From Chitinophagaceae bacterium (GTDB taxonomy: Bacteria; Bacteroidota; Bacteroidia; Chitinophagales; Chitinophagaceae): DNA of 64,000 nt. The notes beneath the pieces are model-generated. The model ran no database searches and was not told the DNA's origin. It saw only the letters and a program-made list of their open reading frames with translations. The stretch spans positions 1,575,352 through 1,639,351 of the forward strand of contig JADJPV010000002.1 of NCBI GenBank assembly GCA_016713085.1. The letters run 5' to 3'. This document shows, in pieces, positions 60,103-64,000 of this stretch. The translations under genes and the position numbers were made by a program. Every line of letters starts with the position of its first letter. Position 1 is the first letter of the stretch.

Positions 60103-60933
60103 TTAGTATTCATTTTCTGTTTTCGGCATCACCGCTTTGGGTCTTTGTGTAGTATCCATCTTCGATTTATCCATACTGATGTACAGATCCATCAGCTGAC
60201 CTCCACGAATGCGGATTGGTCTTCCTTCATCATCCCTTCTTGCCGGACTTTGCCTGATCACAAATGCACCAGAGCTATCTCCCACCGGACCATCCACAAT
60301 CACCGCACCCAGCAACAGTTCATTACTTTCTAAAAATACTTTCGCTTCTGCAAAGGTCATTCCCAGTAAATCAGGTACCAGCATTTCATGTTGCTTAATA
60401 CCTCCGCCCAATACAAAACTGATGCGGCTTCCCATCGGGATTCTTGTTCCCGGCACAATTGTATTTCCATTGTATAGTTGTTCAAGTACGGACCCAACTG
60501 CAAAATCGGGACGGGAAGTAGTATCGCCGAACTTCAATCCCAATGTATTCAACTGTAACAAAACGCTGCGGTAGGTTTGACCAACAAAGTTGGGTATCGC
60601 CACCAGCGGTGCTTCTGAACGGTTCACCGTTAAATAAACAGTACGGTTCACCTTCACCATTTCATTGGGAGCAGGTGATTGTTTTACAACAGAAAGTTTT
60701 GGTAAGCTGTCGAAATACACACTATCCTGTACCTGCACCTGGAAGCCCTGCGACTCCAGTAATTTCTTTGCCTCTTCAATATTTTTTCCTTTGATTTCGG
60801 GCACTTTAATATAATCCCCGTGCTGTGTAATCTTATCCAGCAGCAGGAAAAAGATAAAGAAAATAGCCAGTCCCAATGCAATAGCAATGAGCAGGTTTAA
60901 CAAAAAAGAACGACTTGTAATTGATTGAAACAC
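60103..60933 (-). CDS. PASTA domain-containing membrane protein
   Basis: N-terminal TM helix and three PASTA repeats (VPEIKG, IPNFVG, VPDLLG). Confidence 0.93.
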   Translation of the reverse strand: MFQSITSRSFLLNLLIAIALGLAIFFIFFLLLDKITQHGDYIKVPEIKGKNIEEAKKLLESQGFQVQVQDSVYFDSLPKLSVVKQSPAPNEMVKVNRTVYLTVNRSEAPLVAIPNFVGQTYRSVLLQLNTLGLKFGDTTSRPDFAVGSVLEQLYNGNTIVPGTRIPMGSRISFVLGGGIKQHEMLVPDLLGMTFAEAKVFLESNELLLGAVIVDGPVGDSSGAFVIRQSPARRDDEGRPIRIRGGQLMDLYISMDKSKMDTTQRPKAVMPKTENEY

Positions 60934-60970
60934 GGAAATTGAATTTGGTTGCCGAATATCGGTAATAATA

Positions 60971-61963
60971 TTAAGATGAATGTTTTGCCAATGCCTCTTC
61001 CACCAATGCTGAATAAAACTCTTCCAGTTCCCAGCCCATGGCCCTCACCTGCTGCGGAACAATACTGGCATCCGTTTGCCCCGGAATAGTATTGATCTCT
61101 AACATAAACGGTTCATTCTTTTCTTCATTGTAAATGAAGTCGATCCGTATCACACCACCGCAGTTAAAAACTGCATATACCTTCTTGGCCGCCGCACTTA
61201 CCTTCTGATAAATTTCATCACTTGCTTCAGCAGGAGTGATTTCTGTACTCTTGCCATGATACTTCGCCACAAAATCAAAAAACTCCATATCAGGGTCAGC
61301 TTTTACTTCCGTCATCGGCATCGCAATAATTTCGCCCTTGCTTTTAAACACACCAATCGTAAACTCACGGCCCTTAATCATTTCTTCCACCAGCACCTGG
61401 TCATCTTCAACAAATGCTTTATCAATGGCTGCTGCAAGATCTTCCTGTTTGCTCACCTTGCTCATTCCAATACTGCTGCCGCCGTTATTTGGTTTTACAA
61501 ACACAGGAAATTTTAAATGGATACTGTTTGCATCAACCGGCTGATGTTCGAACAGGTGTACACTCTTTGCCACATTGATACCGGCAAAAGCAGCCACTGC
61601 TACTGTATACCGTTTATTAAAAGTAATTGCAGAAGTTGCCGCACTGCAGGAAGTATAAGGAAGACCCAGTACATCAAAATAGCCCTGCAGTTTTCCATCC
61701 TCACCGGGAGTGCCGTGCATACCAATAAACACACAATCAAAATGAACCTTCTCTCCATCCACCTTTACCGTGAAATCGTTTTTATCAACGATCTGTTTAT
61801 GATCATGAGCATCTGTATACGTCCAACCCTCTTTGGAAATATCAATTAAGAATACATTGTATTTCTGTTTGTCTAAATGACTGTAAATGGTTTTGGCGCT
61901 TTTGTAAGAGATCACCGCCTCACCGCTGTACCCGCCCGTAACAAGGGCAATATTTTTCTGCAT
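60971..61963 (-). CDS. ddl: D-alanine--D-alanine ligase
   Basis: MQKNIALVTGGYSGE, HGTPGEDG, FVKPNNGGSSIG, AKY and LEINTIPG motifs. True start is at 61963. Confidence 0.97.
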   Translation of the reverse strand: MQKNIALVTGGYSGEAVISYKSAKTIYSHLDKQKYNVFLIDISKEGWTYTDAHDHKQIVDKNDFTVKVDGEKVHFDCVFIGMHGTPGEDGKLQGYFDVLGLPYTSCSAATSAITFNKRYTVAVAAFAGINVAKSVHLFEHQPVDANSIHLKFPVFVKPNNGGSSIGMSKVSKQEDLAAAIDKAFVEDDQVLVEEMIKGREFTIGVFKSKGEIIAMPMTEVKADPDMEFFDFVAKYHGKSTEITPAEASDEIYQKVSAAAKKVYAVFNCGGVIRIDFIYNEEKNEPFMLEINTIPGQTDASIVPQQVRAMGWELEEFYSALVEEALAKHSS

Positions 61964-62039
61964 ATGGTTGTGTATAAAAATCGAATGTTCTTCTCTCTTC
62001 CAAAACAATGCCGCTTTTCTCCCTCTTTTTCTCTTCTTT

Positions 62040-62064
62040 GTCATCCTGAGCGATAGTCGAAGGA
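62040..62064. repeat. REP-like sequence GTCATCCTGAGCGATAGTCGAAGGA with a truncated inverted partner (CCTTCGA at about 62069)
   Basis: Read directly; resembles GTCATCCTGAGC-type extragenic palindromes. Confidence 0.55.
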
Positions 62065-62074
62065 CCCTCCTTCG

Positions 62075-62245
62075 AACTCTTAGCCCTGCCTTTCCCCACT
62101 CTTTGCCTCTGTATTCCCTATTTGCCTTTGTTCTCCCTCTTTGCTTCTGCCTCGTTGCCTTCACTCCTTTCCCTCTTTCCCCTCCTTTCAACTCTTAGCC
62201 CTGCCTTTGTCTTCCCTCTTTGCCTTTGCCTCTGCCTCGTTGCCT
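62075..62245. repeat. Pyrimidine/purine-skewed low-complexity tract with internal direct repeats
   Basis: AACTCTTAGCCCTGCCTTT at 62075 and 62190; TCTGCCTCGTTGCCT at 62146 and 62231. Confidence 0.7.
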
Positions 62246-62735
62246 ATTTGCCTTCCCCAACCCCCTGATTCCCCGTATCCACCACAAACTTCCACTTCCC
62301 ATCCTTCTGTTTTCTCCAGATCGATAAATAAGTTCCCTGCATCGTTGTATCCTTTGTCTTTACGGTATAAACACCATACGTATATCCAAGATCATGTGCC
62401 ACCGACATATCAGCACCCTTCGGCACCCATGTCATGGTAAACGAAGTATCCTCCTGTGCTTTTAAAAACTGAATCACATCTCCTTCCACAATCGGTAAAT
62501 AACCCGGGCGTAGCAGCACTGCATCATCTGCCACATAATAAAGAAACGCATTCTTCATCCCCTCCTTTGCACTCGCTTCCGAAAAAGCAATATCTGTATC
62601 CACCATTTCCTGCATGGCCATTTCAGTATCCGGGTCCTTTTTCTCAACCAACAGATCAACAGGTTTCTCCTCAAAAAAACCGCAACCCGTAAACAGTAAT
62701 GCAGCTGTCAACAAAAAAAGTAAATTCTTCCGCAT
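62244..62735 (-). CDS. NTF2-like (DUF4440/SnoaL) lipoprotein
   Basis: Lipobox LFTGC; DLGYTYG and G.YLSIWRKQKDGKWKFVVD.G motifs. Confidence 0.88.
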   Translation of the reverse strand: MRKNLLFLLTAALLFTGCGFFEEKPVDLLVEKKDPDTEMAMQEMVDTDIAFSEASAKEGMKNAFLYYVADDAVLLRPGYLPIVEGDVIQFLKAQEDTSFTMTWVPKGADMSVAHDLGYTYGVYTVKTKDTTMQGTYLSIWRKQKDGKWKFVVDTGNQGVGEGK

Positions 62736-62836
62736 GTATGCAAGATAATGATTCAGGGTTTATTTCAGAGAGGGGAAGCCCGTACATTATGAGCAATTTC
62801 ACAGCTCCCGAATTTACAGACCTGTATAAAAAAAGC

Positions 62837-62864
62837 AAGGTGAAGGTTTTCAAGCCTTCACCTT
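62837..62864. terminator. Terminator hairpin, probably bidirectional
   Basis: AAGGTGAAGG-8nt-CCTTCACCTT with A- and T-runs on either side. Confidence 0.8.
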
Positions 62865-63020
62865 TTTCTTAACGGGAAATATCACCCGCCGTATTCTGGA
62901 ATCATCCTTACGGGAACTCATCCATCGTGAAAAAAATGTTTCTTTACAATATCTGCTGTTAAGTTACTCAAAGCAGATTGTTTCGTCAACAAATGATTCA
63001 AATACTTATGCACCTTTTTC

Positions 63021-63056
63021 ATCCGACTCAGCCTTGGCGAAGTCGGATTATCCGAC
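63021..63056. repeat. REP-like hairpin with overlapping alternative stems
   Basis: ATCCGACT...AGTCGGAT (63021-63048) and GTCGGA-TTA-TCCGAC (63042-63056). Confidence 0.5.
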
Positions 63057-63084
63057 ACAACTCAGGCAAACTCAGGTTGGGGTC

Positions 63085-63432
63085 TTACCCGTGCAACACA
63101 GCCTTTCTTGCCATCAGCGTATCCACTGTTTCCACATACGCTTCATCAGGTACGCAGCAATCAACCGGACAAACACTGGCGCACTGTGGTTCTTCATGAA
63201 AACCCTGGCACTCGGTGCATTTGTTGGGAGTAATATAATAAACATCCATTGCAAGAGGTGCATTCTTTGCATCTGCATCTACACTTGTTCCGTCAATCAA
63301 TGTAAAACTTCCTTTTACGGCAGTTCCATCGGCAACGGCCCATTCTACCCCGCCTTCATAAATAGCATTGTTGGGACACTCAGGTTCGCAGGCCCCGCAG
63401 TTGATACATTCTTCTGTAATTTTAATAGCCAT
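63085..63432 (-). CDS. 4Fe-4S dicluster ferredoxin (YfhL-like)
   Basis: CINCGACEPECP and CTEC...C.SVCPVDCC motifs. Confidence 0.95.
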   Translation of the reverse strand: MAIKITEECINCGACEPECPNNAIYEGGVEWAVADGTAVKGSFTLIDGTSVDADAKNAPLAMDVYYITPNKCTECQGFHEEPQCASVCPVDCCVPDEAYVETVDTLMARKAVLHG

Positions 63433-63584
63433 GATCTTTAATTTTTAGGATTTTATCTTGAATTGTCAGTAAGTCAATCGTTATAATCCGTACTGCGGGC
63501 CCGTTGTTAACTTTCTCCTCCTTATCTGCACAGCCCGTACCTTATTCAGTTACTTTGCTGCTCAAATGTAAAATAAACAGTTGA

Positions 63585-64000
63585 ATGAACTTACAAGAAA
63601 GAGTAGAAATTTTACAACAACTTCAACAATATATTTCCAGTACTGACGAAGGTTGGCAAAATATTCAGGAAAAATCCTTACAGCACAACAACTGGTTCAC
63701 CCATCAGTACACTCAACTCGCTGCAAAAACCATTGCCACTGAATTTTTAGACAAACAAAAATTATTGCAGTGGACTGACCACTATCATCTCGATGATAAC
63801 ATTATTCCCAAAACAGTTGGCATCATCATGGCCGGCAATATTCCCTTAGTGGGCTTTCATGATTTTTTATGTGTGTTCATCAGCGGGCACAAACAACTCA
63901 TCAAACTAAGCAGTAAAGATCAGTTCCTGCTCAAACATCTCGTTGATAAAATGATTGAGTGGAACCCAGACATGAAGAACCACGTAAGCTTTGCAGCCAT
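63585..64000 (+). CDS. Acyl-CoA reductase (LuxC-like), 3'-partial
   Basis: My translation: MNLQERVE...NNWFT...KTVGIIMAGNIPLVGFHDFLCVFISGH..LIKLSSKD. It runs off the window and is absent from the ORF track. Confidence 0.9.
   Translation, partial: MNLQERVEILQQLQQYISSTDEGWQNIQEKSLQHNNWFTHQYTQLAAKTIATEFLDKQKLLQWTDHYHLDDNIIPKTVGIIMAGNIPLVGFHDFLCVFISGHKQLIKLSSKDQFLLKHLVDKMIEWNPDMKNHVSFAA

Noticed and set aside
61964-62191. 76-aa basic N-terminal extension of Ddl in the ORF track
   Set aside because: It is a translation of low-complexity repeat DNA. Ddl homology starts at MQKNIALVTGG (61963).
62895-62930. Hammerhead ribozyme (GATGAG-stem-loop resemblance)
   Set aside because: It lacks the CTGATGA and GAAA core nucleotides.
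59490-63084. CRISPR array among the repeats
   Set aside because: There are no regularly spaced identical repeats with unique spacers, and no cas genes.
63085-64000. Divergent ferredoxin / LuxC-like acyl-CoA reductase as a bioluminescence-related system
   Set aside because: No luxA/B/D/E is visible, and from recall this pair is a common Bacteroidota arrangement.

Overview
Bacteroidota window, Chitinophagaceae-like by inference (TAnnTTTG promoters, LPVTL-type T9SS cargo, SusE/F-like remnant). Positions 1-44 kb are a dense plant-polysaccharide region with three parts. (i) 1-21 kb: xylan/glucuronoxylan side-chain genes (three GH43, GH3, CE15, sialate-O-acetylesterase-like, deacetylase, GH88/105) with an embedded oxidative sugar-acid module (Tat-type Gfo/Idh/MocA, lactonase, GntP, IlvD/Edd dehydratase). 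(ii) 21-29 kb: a beta-1,4-galactan locus (GH53, GH147-like, GH2-GH53 fusion) whose SusC/SusD half is missing, leaving a decayed SusE/F-like fragment. (iii) 29-40.5 kb: a DeoR-led operon (FucI/AraA-family isomerase, split transketolase, sugar ABC transporter with DUF2291, FGGY kinase, DUF5060/DUF4038/DUF5605 apiosidase-like protein) that best fits D-apiose release and catabolism; this is the strongest candidate for an under-described system. A GH92 follows. 44-52 kb is accessory: ECF sigma/anti-sigma/GLPGLI trio, GEVED T9SS protein with divergent Crp/Fnr regulator, then tRNA-Ala with a structured leader RNA. 52-64 kb is mostly core: der, era, tRNA-fMet, two GIN-domain genes, a TPP riboswitch with a nonsense-interrupted TonB receptor, rhodanese, PASTA, ddl, ferredoxin, acyl-CoA reductase, plus several REP/MITE-like palindromes. 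Five genes carry isolated frameshifts that look like long-read assembly errors. No CRISPR, rRNA, integrase or transposase was seen. Family assignments come from motif recognition only; no database search was run.
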